Notes under the pieces: generated by a model
Database searches by the model: none
Told to the model about the DNA's origin: nothing
The model's input: the letters and a program-made list of their open reading frames with translations, nothing else
In this document: piece after piece, positions 30,148 to 39,177 of the stretch
Layout of the letters: each line of letters starts with the position of its first letter
Position numbering within the stretch: the stretch's first letter is position 1
Sequence record: DRR378314_1034
Direction: 5' to 3' (one strand)
Length of the DNA: 43,806 nucleotides
Made by a program: the position numbers and the translations under genes

Positions 30148-31410
30148 ATGATGAAAAAAAATTATTTGATAGTGTTATTAGTACTGGTTACCTTTTTTGT
30201 TATTTCATTTATAACGAACTTATTAGCGCCGATATTCCCGGCTCTGATCCAAAGCTATAATATTGGCTTAACCCTTGCCGGTTTTTTCCCGTTTGCATTT
30301 TTTATTGCCTATGGAGTGATGTCGATTCCGGCGGGGTTATTAGTGCAAAGCTTAGGTGAAAAAAAGGTTATGCTTATCGCGTTCTCACTGGCGTTATTTG
30401 GCAGTGTATTATTTGTTAGCCTACCCACCTTTGCTGTTGCAATGTCAGCATTATTTTTAATCGGTACCGCGATGGCGCTGCTGCAGGTGGCAATTAACCC
30501 GTTACTTAGAGCCAGTGGTGGCTCTAAACATTTTGCGGTGTTTTCTGTCGCAGCGCAGTTAATGTTTGGTGGTGCTGCGACCTTATCACCGCTGGTATAT
30601 AGCGCGCTTGTTAAAGCTGATTCACAAGCTCAGAGTCAAAATTGGTTATTTCAATGGGTACCCGCCGATATGACTTGGCTAAATATGTACTTATTATTTG
30701 CTATTTTATGCACCGTGATGCTGGTCGTTATTAGCGTATTACCCATAAAGCACAATGCGCAAACAGAAAAGTCGCAACAAGGCAGTATCAAGCAAAGCTT
30801 GCAATTATTTAAAGAGCCCATTGTGATCAAGTTCTTTTTTGCCATCGTGGCTTATGTGGCACTTGAGCAAGGAGTGGCTAATTCAATCTCAGTATTTTTA
30901 CAAACCTATCATCAACTTGACCCAAATACAGTCGGAGCCCAAGTAGTCAGTCGATTTTGGCTATCTCTGACACTAGGCTGCCTATTAGGCATTGTGCTGT
31001 TAAAACTGTTTGATGCTAAATATGTGTTACTTACATTCAGCGTGGGTGCAATTGTAAGTCTGTTCACCGCCTTATTTGCGCATACTGAGCTGGCATTATG
31101 GGCGTTTCCTGCGGTTGGGTTTTTCTTGTCAATTATGTGGTCGGTAATATTTTCGTTAGCATTAAACTCGATTGCAAAAGGGCATGGCGCTGTTTCTGGC
31201 ATTTTATGCACCGGGATTGTTGGCGGCGCATTTGCCTCGCCCATTATTGGTGCGATGAGTGAGCTTACAGGTAGCCTACAGCTGTCACTTTTACTGCTGT
31301 TAATACCGCTTGGTTATATTTTTAGTGTTGGGATTTGGGCTAACCCACTAATCGCTAATCACACGCTTAAAAGTAACCTGCAAACAGCAAAGCTTGCCCA
31401 AAGTAACTAA
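30148..31410 (+). CDS. MFS sugar permease (GluP/FucP/NagP-like)
   Basis: About 12 hydrophobic segments; AFFIAYGVMSIPAG, LLQVAINP, YVALEQG; likely start ATG 30148. Confidence 0.9.
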   Translation: MMKKNYLIVLLVLVTFFVISFITNLLAPIFPALIQSYNIGLTLAGFFPFAFFIAYGVMSIPAGLLVQSLGEKKVMLIAFSLALFGSVLFVSLPTFAVAMSALFLIGTAMALLQVAINPLLRASGGSKHFAVFSVAAQLMFGGAATLSPLVYSALVKADSQAQSQNWLFQWVPADMTWLNMYLLFAILCTVMLVVISVLPIKHNAQTEKSQQGSIKQSLQLFKEPIVIKFFFAIVAYVALEQGVANSISVFLQTYHQLDPNTVGAQVVSRFWLSLTLGCLLGIVLLKLFDAKYVLLTFSVGAIVSLFTALFAHTELALWAFPAVGFFLSIMWSVIFSLALNSIAKGHGAVSGILCTGIVGGAFASPIIGAMSELTGSLQLSLLLLLIPLGYIFSVGIWANPLIANHTLKSNLQTAKLAQSN

Positions 31411-31427
31411 TGAAAAAAGAGGATGTA

Positions 31428-32306
31428 ATGTCACAAACTTTATTATGTGTTGATCTTGGTGGCACCAAAGCCTTGGTAGCAAAAGTCACCGCAAATGGTG
31501 TAATAGAAAAGCGCTACTTTGATGTAGATGGCTCTGCAAGTAAGCAACAAACAAACGACTTTTTATGTCAAATTATCACGCAAGTGGTTGATGATAGTTG
31601 TATTGGTATCGCCGTAGGTGTACCAAGTATGGTGCTGATGGAAACTGGCGAAGTAATCGAAACGGTCAATATCCCTAACTGGAAGAATGTGCAGTTAAAG
31701 CAGCTATTAAGTACACACTTTAATTTGCCCGTAAGGGTACATAACGATGCCAATTGTTTTGCTATGGGAGAATTTACTCAAGGTAATTTCAAATCAGATA
31801 CGAATCTAATTGGTATTTGCTTAGGTACGGGACTTGGCGCAGGGTTGGTGTTAAATGGTCAGCTATACACCGGCAAACATTCTGCCGCTGGCGAGTTTGG
31901 TAGTTTTAGCTGTCAACAAGGTATTATTGAACACTTTACCTCTGGGCAGTTTTTCATTAATAAAGGCACAACAGGCAAACAAACTTACCAAGACGCCCTT
32001 GATAGTGATGTAGATGCGTTGCAGCTATTCAATGAATTTGGTGTGCACTTAGCTAATGCAATAAGCCATGTAGTTTTGGCGTTTGACCCAGATGTCATTG
32101 TACTGGGTGGTTCGGTTGCTCAATCATCGACTTTCTTTTTGCCAAGTTTACATGCCCAGCTAACTAAATTAGTTAATCCCGTTATTTTACAATCTTTAGA
32201 TATTCGAATTAGTGAGCTCGGTGACGACGCGCCATTATTTGGCAGCCATGCGTTATTTATAAACGACATGGCTTATGAACAATCATTGGGAGCTAATTAT
32301 GCCTAG
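31428..32306 (+). CDS. ROK-family sugar kinase
   Basis: VDLGGTK, VHNDANCFAMGE, LGTGLGAG, AGEFG; no HTH. Start at 31428 (GAGGA SD) or 31410. Confidence 0.9.
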   Translation: MSQTLLCVDLGGTKALVAKVTANGVIEKRYFDVDGSASKQQTNDFLCQIITQVVDDSCIGIAVGVPSMVLMETGEVIETVNIPNWKNVQLKQLLSTHFNLPVRVHNDANCFAMGEFTQGNFKSDTNLIGICLGTGLGAGLVLNGQLYTGKHSAAGEFGSFSCQQGIIEHFTSGQFFINKGTTGKQTYQDALDSDVDALQLFNEFGVHLANAISHVVLAFDPDVIVLGGSVAQSSTFFLPSLHAQLTKLVNPVILQSLDIRISELGDDAPLFGSHALFINDMAYEQSLGANYA

Positions 32307-34836
32307 AACTATATTATTGCTGCTAGCTATGTGCTCTGCTACAGCTTTTGCTAAACCACCCTCGCAGGTTGAGTTAGATACTCTAGCGCAGCATTTATCG
32401 GTAAAATATGAGTTACTTTCGGCAAAGCCCAAGGCTTGCCCTGCACCGCATCAAACACAGTGTTACTTATCGCGTTTAACTTTTAACACACCTTTTGATG
32501 TAGATAGTCGTCAATGGTCAATTTATTTTAGTCAGCTAATGCCAATTTATAACGCTGACTCTTCGCAGTTTACTATTACGCATATCAATGGTGATTTACA
32601 TCAAGTTAATCCCACAGCGGCTTTTACAGGCTTTAAAGCAAATACGCCACTAAGTATTGAGTTTTACACCCAAGAATCGCAAATTACTCGCTCAGAATTT
32701 ATGCCTAATTACATGCTGGCAAGTAAAGGTTTAACAAGCCGAATTATTAGCAGTACTAAAACGACAATTGACGCTGAGACTAAGCTTGAGCTACAACCTT
32801 ATTTAGCGCCATTTTTAACACTCGAACAATTACACACGAGTAAAGATGATGCGACCCCATGGATGGGAGCTGAGTATTTGTATAAAAATGAGACTCGCCC
32901 CACCTTTAATAAGGCACCGCTGAGTTTGATCCCAAAACCGGTAGATTTAACTTTATTATCGGGTGAGATGGTCGATTTAAGTCAAGGCTTAAACTTGCAG
33001 CTAGATGATACTAATCGTGCACAGCTAAGCTCGGTGCTTGCAAGGCTAGCAAGTTTTGGTATTGAGCAGCATAGTCAAGGGATTGCAACTACGATTAAGT
33101 TAGATTTAGATGCTGATAACCCAGAAGCCTACACCTTAAAAGTGCAGCATGATCAAATAACGATCAACGCAAAGACCATGGCAGGGGGATTCTATGCATT
33201 ACAAAGCATTGCAGGATTAGTCAGCCTTGATAATTTAACCATACCAGCACTCAACATTACCGATGCGCCGCGCTATGCATTTAGAGGTATGCACATTGAT
33301 GTAGCACGCAATTTTCGTTCTAAAGAGTTTATTTTAAATACCATTGAACAAATGGCTGCCTACAAACTTAATAAGCTGCATCTGCATTTAGCGGATGACG
33401 AAGGTTGGCGATTAGCTATAAAGGATTTACCCGAGCTCACAGATATTGGCGCTAAGCGTTGTTTAGATTTAACTGAGCAAACGTGTTTATTGCCGCAATT
33501 AGGGGCGGGGCTGGATAGCTCATCGATGGTAAATGGCTATTACAGCCAAGCTGATTACATTGATATTTTAAAATATGCCCAAGCACACTTTATTGAAGTG
33601 ATCCCATCACTTGATATGCCAGGGCATTCACGCGCGGCCATTGTCGCAATGGAAGCGAGATTTAACCGCTTAATGGCACAAGGTAAACATACTGAGGCAC
33701 TCCAATACCGTTTAGTTGAACCCGCTGATAAGACTCAGTACAGCTCAATCCAGCATTATCAAGATAACACCTTAAATGTATGTTTAGACTCTACTTATCA
33801 ATTTATAGATAAAGTCCTAGATGAAGTAAATGCATTACATATTAAAGCAGGCGTGCCGTTTAAAACCTATCATATTGGCGCAGATGAAACGGCCGGAGCT
33901 TGGGTTGATTCGCCTAGCTGTAAAGCGTTAAAAGCCCAACAGCCAGCTCTGCACTCATTTAATGGCTACTTCATTGAAAAAGTGAGTCGCCTAGTTGCTA
34001 GTAAAGGTTTAAAAGTAGCTGGGTGGAGTGATGGCATGAGCGATGTGAATATTGCAAAGATGCCTAACAATGTTCAATCGAATGCGTGGGCAACGCTAAG
34101 CGAAGGCGGCCATGAGGTTGCGCATCGTCATGCTAATCAAGGTTGGGATGTGGTGCTATCAAGCCCAGATGTTACTTACTTTGATTTTCCGTATCAGTCG
34201 CATCCACAAGAGCGGGGTAACCACTGGGCGAGTCGCGCTATTGATAGTAAAAAAGTGTTTGAGTTTATGCCGGATAACTTGCCTGCGCATGCTGAAATAT
34301 GGCAGTCAGTAAAATCACAGAACTACAGTGCTGATGATCGTCAAAGTATGCGAACTAAATCATTTTATGGCTTACAAGGACATTTATGGTCAGAGCTACT
34401 ACGCAGTGATACACAGGCAGAATACATGTTATATCCGCGCTTATTAGCATTGGCAGAGCGAGCATGGCACAAAGCGCCATGGGAGTTAGCTTATAACGGG
34501 CAAGGTACTATTTATGACCAAAATACAGGCCATTTTAATAAAGCGCTTAAGCAACAAAAAGCAGCTGATTGGCAGCGTTTTGCGGCGGTGGTTGGCTTTA
34601 AAGAGTTTGCAAAATTAGAGCAAGCAGGGCGCTTTTATCGATTACCTAGCGTAGCGGCTCGTTATATTAATAATAGTATCGATGCATTTACACCCTATCC
34701 AGGGCTGGCTATTGAGTATCAAGATAGTGATGGTAAGTGGCTTAAGTATGAATTCGATAGCAAGCCAGTATCAGCGCAGCAGATACGTGTCATATCAATT
34801 AATGGTGAGCGTAAAGGACGAGCATTAGAGTTATAA
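32299..34836 (+). CDS. GH20 beta-N-acetylhexosaminidase (chitobiase-type, exported)
   Basis: Signal peptide ending AFA; RGMHIDVARNF, HLHLADDEGWR, DMPGH, catalytic HIGADE, YPRLLALAERAW. Confidence 0.95.
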   Translation: MPRTILLLLAMCSATAFAKPPSQVELDTLAQHLSVKYELLSAKPKACPAPHQTQCYLSRLTFNTPFDVDSRQWSIYFSQLMPIYNADSSQFTITHINGDLHQVNPTAAFTGFKANTPLSIEFYTQESQITRSEFMPNYMLASKGLTSRIISSTKTTIDAETKLELQPYLAPFLTLEQLHTSKDDATPWMGAEYLYKNETRPTFNKAPLSLIPKPVDLTLLSGEMVDLSQGLNLQLDDTNRAQLSSVLARLASFGIEQHSQGIATTIKLDLDADNPEAYTLKVQHDQITINAKTMAGGFYALQSIAGLVSLDNLTIPALNITDAPRYAFRGMHIDVARNFRSKEFILNTIEQMAAYKLNKLHLHLADDEGWRLAIKDLPELTDIGAKRCLDLTEQTCLLPQLGAGLDSSSMVNGYYSQADYIDILKYAQAHFIEVIPSLDMPGHSRAAIVAMEARFNRLMAQGKHTEALQYRLVEPADKTQYSSIQHYQDNTLNVCLDSTYQFIDKVLDEVNALHIKAGVPFKTYHIGADETAGAWVDSPSCKALKAQQPALHSFNGYFIEKVSRLVASKGLKVAGWSDGMSDVNIAKMPNNVQSNAWATLSEGGHEVAHRHANQGWDVVLSSPDVTYFDFPYQSHPQERGNHWASRAIDSKKVFEFMPDNLPAHAEIWQSVKSQNYSADDRQSMRTKSFYGLQGHLWSELLRSDTQAEYMLYPRLLALAERAWHKAPWELAYNGQGTIYDQNTGHFNKALKQQKAADWQRFAAVVGFKEFAKLEQAGRFYRLPSVAARYINNSIDAFTPYPGLAIEYQDSDGKWLKYEFDSKPVSAQQIRVISINGERKGRALEL

Positions 34837-35046
34837 TAAAAATGCTTTTAGTACTTTTATTTTGGGCATTTAAATATTTGAAGTATAAGGCTCTAAAGTA
34901 ATGCTTGTGGGCTTGGTGGTATTAATTTTTACGCAACACTCAATATTTATTTTAGACTTAGAATTTATGAGCTATGGTCCATATTATTGAAATTATATTA
35001 CTGGCCTTGTTCAAGTATCATTGCGAAGCTATTTAACACAAACAAA

Positions 35047-35078
35047 AAAACCGTGTTTGAATTAACAAACACGGTTTT
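35047..35078. terminator. Terminator of the FecA-like receptor, possibly bidirectional
   Basis: AAAACCGTGTTTG-aattaa-CAAACACGGTTTT. Confidence 0.85.
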
Positions 35079-35099
35079 ATAATTTTTAGCCTTTAGCGC

Positions 35100-37250
35100 T
35101 TAAAAAGCGTAGCTGTAACCTAGTTGTAGGGTACGAGGTTTACCAGGTTGAATACCGCCATTTGCGCGGTTAGCAACGTAGGTTTTATCAAACAGGTTAT
35201 CCACTGTTAGGTATACTTTTTGATTGTCATCAATTAAGTATTTAGCGGCTAAATCCCACACTACGCGACTGTCGATAGCATTAAGGCCATCTGTAGATAA
35301 GTCAGCGTGAGCATCTGATACGTAACGCACTTGCGTGTCAAACACAAAACTTGAAAGCTGCGCACCCATAGATAAGGCAAGTTGGTTTTCAGGAACGTAA
35401 GGCATAGCGTCGCCTTTGCTTACAGAACCCCAAATGTCTGACTCAAATTCATTTTTAAATTGAGAGTCAGTGTATGTGTAAGTCAAACGCACTGGGAATG
35501 ACGCACTGTTAGTAGCGAAAACGCGACCAGCAGAGAATTCAAAACCTGATACTTCTACTTCACCGTAGTTGTATTGATCGCCAATGTTATCATCGTTACA
35601 ACCCACAGACGCCGTACAGTTACCGTGCATGTTGTCGTAATCAGAGAAGAATGCAATAACTTCACCATCAAAGCCCGCGACGTTATAACGACCACCAAAC
35701 TCAATATTTAAGCTTTCTTCTTCTTCTTGATCGGCATTACCAGGGGCTGCAGGTGCATAACCTTGTTGAATACCGGCAAGTAGCGTTAGGCTATCGTTTA
35801 CAGTATAAGTTGCACCGAGTGATGGGATTAAGATTTGCGTATCGTTAGAGATGTCTTTTTTAAGAGCACCCTCACGCTTTGGATCTGTTTTTTCCCATTC
35901 TTGGCGGTTAATAGTAATATCTTCATAGCGAAGGCCTGCACTAACCATTAATGCATCCATAGTCCATTCGTCATGAACAAATAACGTTGTTGCTTCAGCG
36001 CTATCAATACGGTTGCTGTTAGAACCTGGTAAGCCTTTGCTTGTTAGGGTCATAGATAGATCTTGGTTAAGCGTGTACTTGTCTTCCCACTGGAAACGGT
36101 CCATTTCATCTTCATGGTAGCGTACACCAACCGTTAGGTAGTGGTTGCCAGCTGGAATGTGCAGCTCAGACTGAATACCTTTTGCTTGGTAGTCGCGGTT
36201 ATTGGCTTTAATACCAATGCCTTCAATACCTTCGCTTGTTGGGTTTGCTTCAAACTCGCTGTACTGTTGTAAGTAGCTTTCGCTTACTTTGCTTGCTTTG
36301 TACCAGTTACGATGAAAGTCGTTTAAATATGCTGTTGCAAGAAACTCATAGCCATCACCAAAGCGGTATGCATAGTTTAATTGATATGCGTTGTGCTGTG
36401 TGTTCATTACATCATTTTGCGAAGCCGCATAACGACGATATGGAGATTCATCGTAATCAGCTTGTGTTAAGCCCATGTAAGTTTCATCAGATGTTTCGTC
36501 TGAGTATTTAACTTTCATTTCAAGGTTATGTGCTTCGTTTTCACCAAAGTCAAAACCAAACTTTACTAATAAGTCGTTTTTTTCAAAACCAGTATTGTCG
36601 CTGCCTACAGGTAAGTCTTTAAAGCCATCAGCGCCGTAAGTAAATACTTCAACCAAACCTGCGGCATTGTTTTTCTTTTTACCAAAGTAAGCGTGGCCTT
36701 TATAAAAACCGTCAGAACCAAGTTCAGCATTAACTAAGCCTGTTGAGCCTTCAGTAGGTAAGCTACGCGATACTAAGTTTAATACACCACCTGTTGTACG
36801 TGGGCCATACTTAACCGATGCCGCGCCTTTTAAAATTTCAACTGATTCCATACGACCCATTGTTGGGAAGTAGTATGCCGAAGGTGCTGAGTAAGGAGCT
36901 GGCGCTGCAAGTACACCATCTTCCATTACTGAGATTTTATCGTTACGACCAGTACCTGTACCGCGCATACCAATATTAGGGCGAAGGCCATAGCCATCTT
37001 CTTCTTGAACATACACACCCGGTACAGAACTTAATACACGTGAAATATCTGTGTATTCAAATTTCTCTAGTTCTTCGTCGCTAATAAAAGTAGCTGAGCC
37101 AGGAATGTCATTAATGGCCGCTTGTGAGCCAATTACGGTAATTTGCTCAAAGTTTTTTTCTTCATTAGTTGCATCTTTTGCAAACGCATTGGCACTTAAT
37201 GATAAAGCGATAGCCGTCGAAAGTGTTGAAACAATAAACTTAGGTGTCAT
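35100..37250 (-). CDS. TonB-dependent receptor, FecA-like (probable iron uptake)
   Basis: Signal peptide, EQITVIG TonB box, plug EEDGYGLRPNIGMRG...YGPRTTGG, C-terminal Phe. Confidence 0.9.
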   Translation of the reverse strand: MTPKFIVSTLSTAIALSLSANAFAKDATNEEKNFEQITVIGSQAAINDIPGSATFISDEELEKFEYTDISRVLSSVPGVYVQEEDGYGLRPNIGMRGTGTGRNDKISVMEDGVLAAPAPYSAPSAYYFPTMGRMESVEILKGAASVKYGPRTTGGVLNLVSRSLPTEGSTGLVNAELGSDGFYKGHAYFGKKKNNAAGLVEVFTYGADGFKDLPVGSDNTGFEKNDLLVKFGFDFGENEAHNLEMKVKYSDETSDETYMGLTQADYDESPYRRYAASQNDVMNTQHNAYQLNYAYRFGDGYEFLATAYLNDFHRNWYKASKVSESYLQQYSEFEANPTSEGIEGIGIKANNRDYQAKGIQSELHIPAGNHYLTVGVRYHEDEMDRFQWEDKYTLNQDLSMTLTSKGLPGSNSNRIDSAEATTLFVHDEWTMDALMVSAGLRYEDITINRQEWEKTDPKREGALKKDISNDTQILIPSLGATYTVNDSLTLLAGIQQGYAPAAPGNADQEEEESLNIEFGGRYNVAGFDGEVIAFFSDYDNMHGNCTASVGCNDDNIGDQYNYGEVEVSGFEFSAGRVFATNSASFPVRLTYTYTDSQFKNEFESDIWGSVSKGDAMPYVPENQLALSMGAQLSSFVFDTQVRYVSDAHADLSTDGLNAIDSRVVWDLAAKYLIDDNQKVYLTVDNLFDKTYVANRANGGIQPGKPRTLQLGYSYAF

Positions 37251-37311
37251 TGTGCTTCCTATTTGGGTTCGATTTTGATTCTAATTTAAACTGGCGCAAT
37301 TTAAACATGTA

Positions 37312-37356
37312 AAATAATACGAATCAATCCTATTTGTGATAATGATAGCGTTGACT
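37312..37356. promoter_or_regulatory. Candidate Fur box(es) upstream of the FecA-like receptor
   Basis: GATAATGATAGCGTTGACT (37338-37356) matches 12/19 of GATAATGATAATCATTATC; a second, weaker match lies near 37313. Confidence 0.5.
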
Positions 37357-37444
37357 GGTTGTTTATTGTACATGACGCTCAAGAAACGCTCGTTTGGATA
37401 ATGGAAACAAATGATTTGAGTGTATGTAAGGCGAGTAAATAACC

Positions 37445-38290
37445 CTAAGTTAAACGCAGCGCAATAAACTCGGCGAGTTTATCGGCCGCGTTATCAGGCT
37501 GATCAGCGCGTTTAATTAAGCTAATACCAATTTGCCCAAGTTCAGGTAGGTGTTTTGTTTGTAATTGATAGTTAAGCTCATTTGGTACAGTACTTTTTGC
37601 CAGTACGGTAATGCCAAGCCCTTCTTTTAATGCCGCTGTTAGGCCTGTTAAATCGGCATTACTGTAGGCAATTCGGTAATTTATACCAGCTTGTTTTAAG
37701 GCTTCAATAGCGCGGCGGCGATAAATACAGCCTTCTGGTGCGGTTACTAATGTCACTACTTCGTTTTGCACTAATGATAAATCGCCAACCCACACAAGTT
37801 GGTCTTGCATAAAAACGGGGAACTTTTCAGAGTTTAAATCTTCATTTAATGCCAACACTAAATCAAATTGATCCTCTCGCGACACGGAAAGTAAATGTTT
37901 ACTTAAACGTGATTTAACCTCTAACGATACATCGGGATATAGCGCTATAAAATCGCCAATGATAGAGGGCAATATACGCGCAGCAAATTCGCTGGGAATA
38001 CCTAATCTGACTTTGCCAGTAACGTTTTCTTTGGTAAACAACTGTAAGATACTGTCGTTTTGCAATAGCATGTGTTTTGCCATCGGCAATAATAGTTCAC
38101 CATACTGGTTAAGCACTTGGCGCTGACCTTGCTTTTTAAATAGCTTATGGCCGAGCATGTCCTCGAGGCGTTTAATTTGTAAGCTCACAGCGGGTTGAGA
38201 AAGCCCTAATAATTCGCCCGCTTTGGCGAATCCACCTACTTCGACCACGGTAATTAAAGTGCGTAATCCATCTGTTGAAATATTCTTCAT
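37445..38290 (-). CDS. LysR-family transcriptional regulator (LrhA-like effector domain)
   Basis: HTH GGFAKAGELLGLSQPAVSLQIKRLE; GKVRLGIP, CIYRRRAIEAL, GLGITVL. Confidence 0.93.
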   Translation of the reverse strand: MKNISTDGLRTLITVVEVGGFAKAGELLGLSQPAVSLQIKRLEDMLGHKLFKKQGQRQVLNQYGELLLPMAKHMLLQNDSILQLFTKENVTGKVRLGIPSEFAARILPSIIGDFIALYPDVSLEVKSRLSKHLLSVSREDQFDLVLALNEDLNSEKFPVFMQDQLVWVGDLSLVQNEVVTLVTAPEGCIYRRRAIEALKQAGINYRIAYSNADLTGLTAALKEGLGITVLAKSTVPNELNYQLQTKHLPELGQIGISLIKRADQPDNAADKLAEFIALRLT

Positions 38291-38386
38291 ATAAAAAAAT
38301 TCAATTTATAAGGTTAAATACATAATTATTATTTATCAATTGATAAGAAATTACAATTTGTTGTTCACCAGCTCCCACAATATACT
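38291..38386. promoter_or_regulatory. LysR-type operator and promoter for the GcvT-like gene
   Basis: ATAA-N7-TTAT (38322-38336); related ATAA-N7-CAAT at 38291 and 38343; palindrome TTATCAATTGATAA (38333-38346); TTGTTG-N17-TATACT (38358-38386). Confidence 0.55.
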
Positions 38387-38416
38387 TTCTAAACTATAGA
38401 TTGATAGGTGTCTACA

Positions 38417-39016
38417 ATGACTTTTACTCCAATAATGTTTGCTCGTCACAGCCAACTCGAAGCGCCGCAGAGCAATATGCTACAGGCCGATAGTAATAGT
38501 GTGGTCATTGATTTTAGCGGCACTGAAGCAATCCCATTTTTAACGGCTATTTTAGGGTTAGATTTAAATAAACTAACTGCTAGCGGCTTGGGCCTAAAAG
38601 GTACGTTAGACGGTGACTTAAATAGCACCTATAGTTTTGCTTTGTATTACTTTAGCGAGACCGCCTTTAGATTTGTTTTACATAGCGATGCCAGCGCGCA
38701 ACTTCAGTCGCTTATTTGTGAACAACAGCTACGTTACGATATTGAATTTGTTGTACGCAGTGATTTAGCTGTATTAACCCTATGCGGTGAGCAAGCGTTT
38801 GATACATTGATTGACGCTTTTAAGCTTACTCCTGGTTTACGCTTATCTAACGCGACAAGCTGTTATGGCGCACAAAGTGGCGAGGTATTTATTACCGCCA
38901 TCGATAAACAATCTCAGCAATATTTTCAGCTGGTGGCTAAAACCCCAGCGCTTGCAAAATGGCAAGCAACATTACAGCAACGCGGGTTTGATTTAACTCT
39001 GCCTGAGGTTGCTTAA
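38417..39016 (+). CDS. Truncated, degenerate GcvT (aminomethyltransferase folate-binding domain) paralog
   Basis: Colinear by eye with the adjacent GcvT (YYFSETAFRFVL vs [23 protein letters not shown] vs [11 protein letters not shown]). Start ATG 38417 (AGGTG SD) or GTG 38408. Confidence 0.75.
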   Translation: MTFTPIMFARHSQLEAPQSNMLQADSNSVVIDFSGTEAIPFLTAILGLDLNKLTASGLGLKGTLDGDLNSTYSFALYYFSETAFRFVLHSDASAQLQSLICEQQLRYDIEFVVRSDLAVLTLCGEQAFDTLIDAFKLTPGLRLSNATSCYGAQSGEVFITAIDKQSQQYFQLVAKTPALAKWQATLQQRGFDLTLPEVA

Positions 39017-39072
39017 CTAGTTTTTAAAACTCGGTTTTTGAGCCGTGTTTGTAGTAACAAATCGCAATTTGG

Positions 39073-39101
39073 GTGTCAGTGCAGTACAACTTATGTATAA
39101 T
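39073..39101 (+). promoter_or_regulatory. Putative sigma70 promoter of gcvTHP
   Basis: GTGTCA-N17-TATAAT. Confidence 0.6.
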
Positions 39102-39177
39102 CGCCGCCCATGTTATTCCCCCTCATTAAATTGAGGCCACGCCCAACATTGGGTTAATTATAAAGTGAAGGAATATT

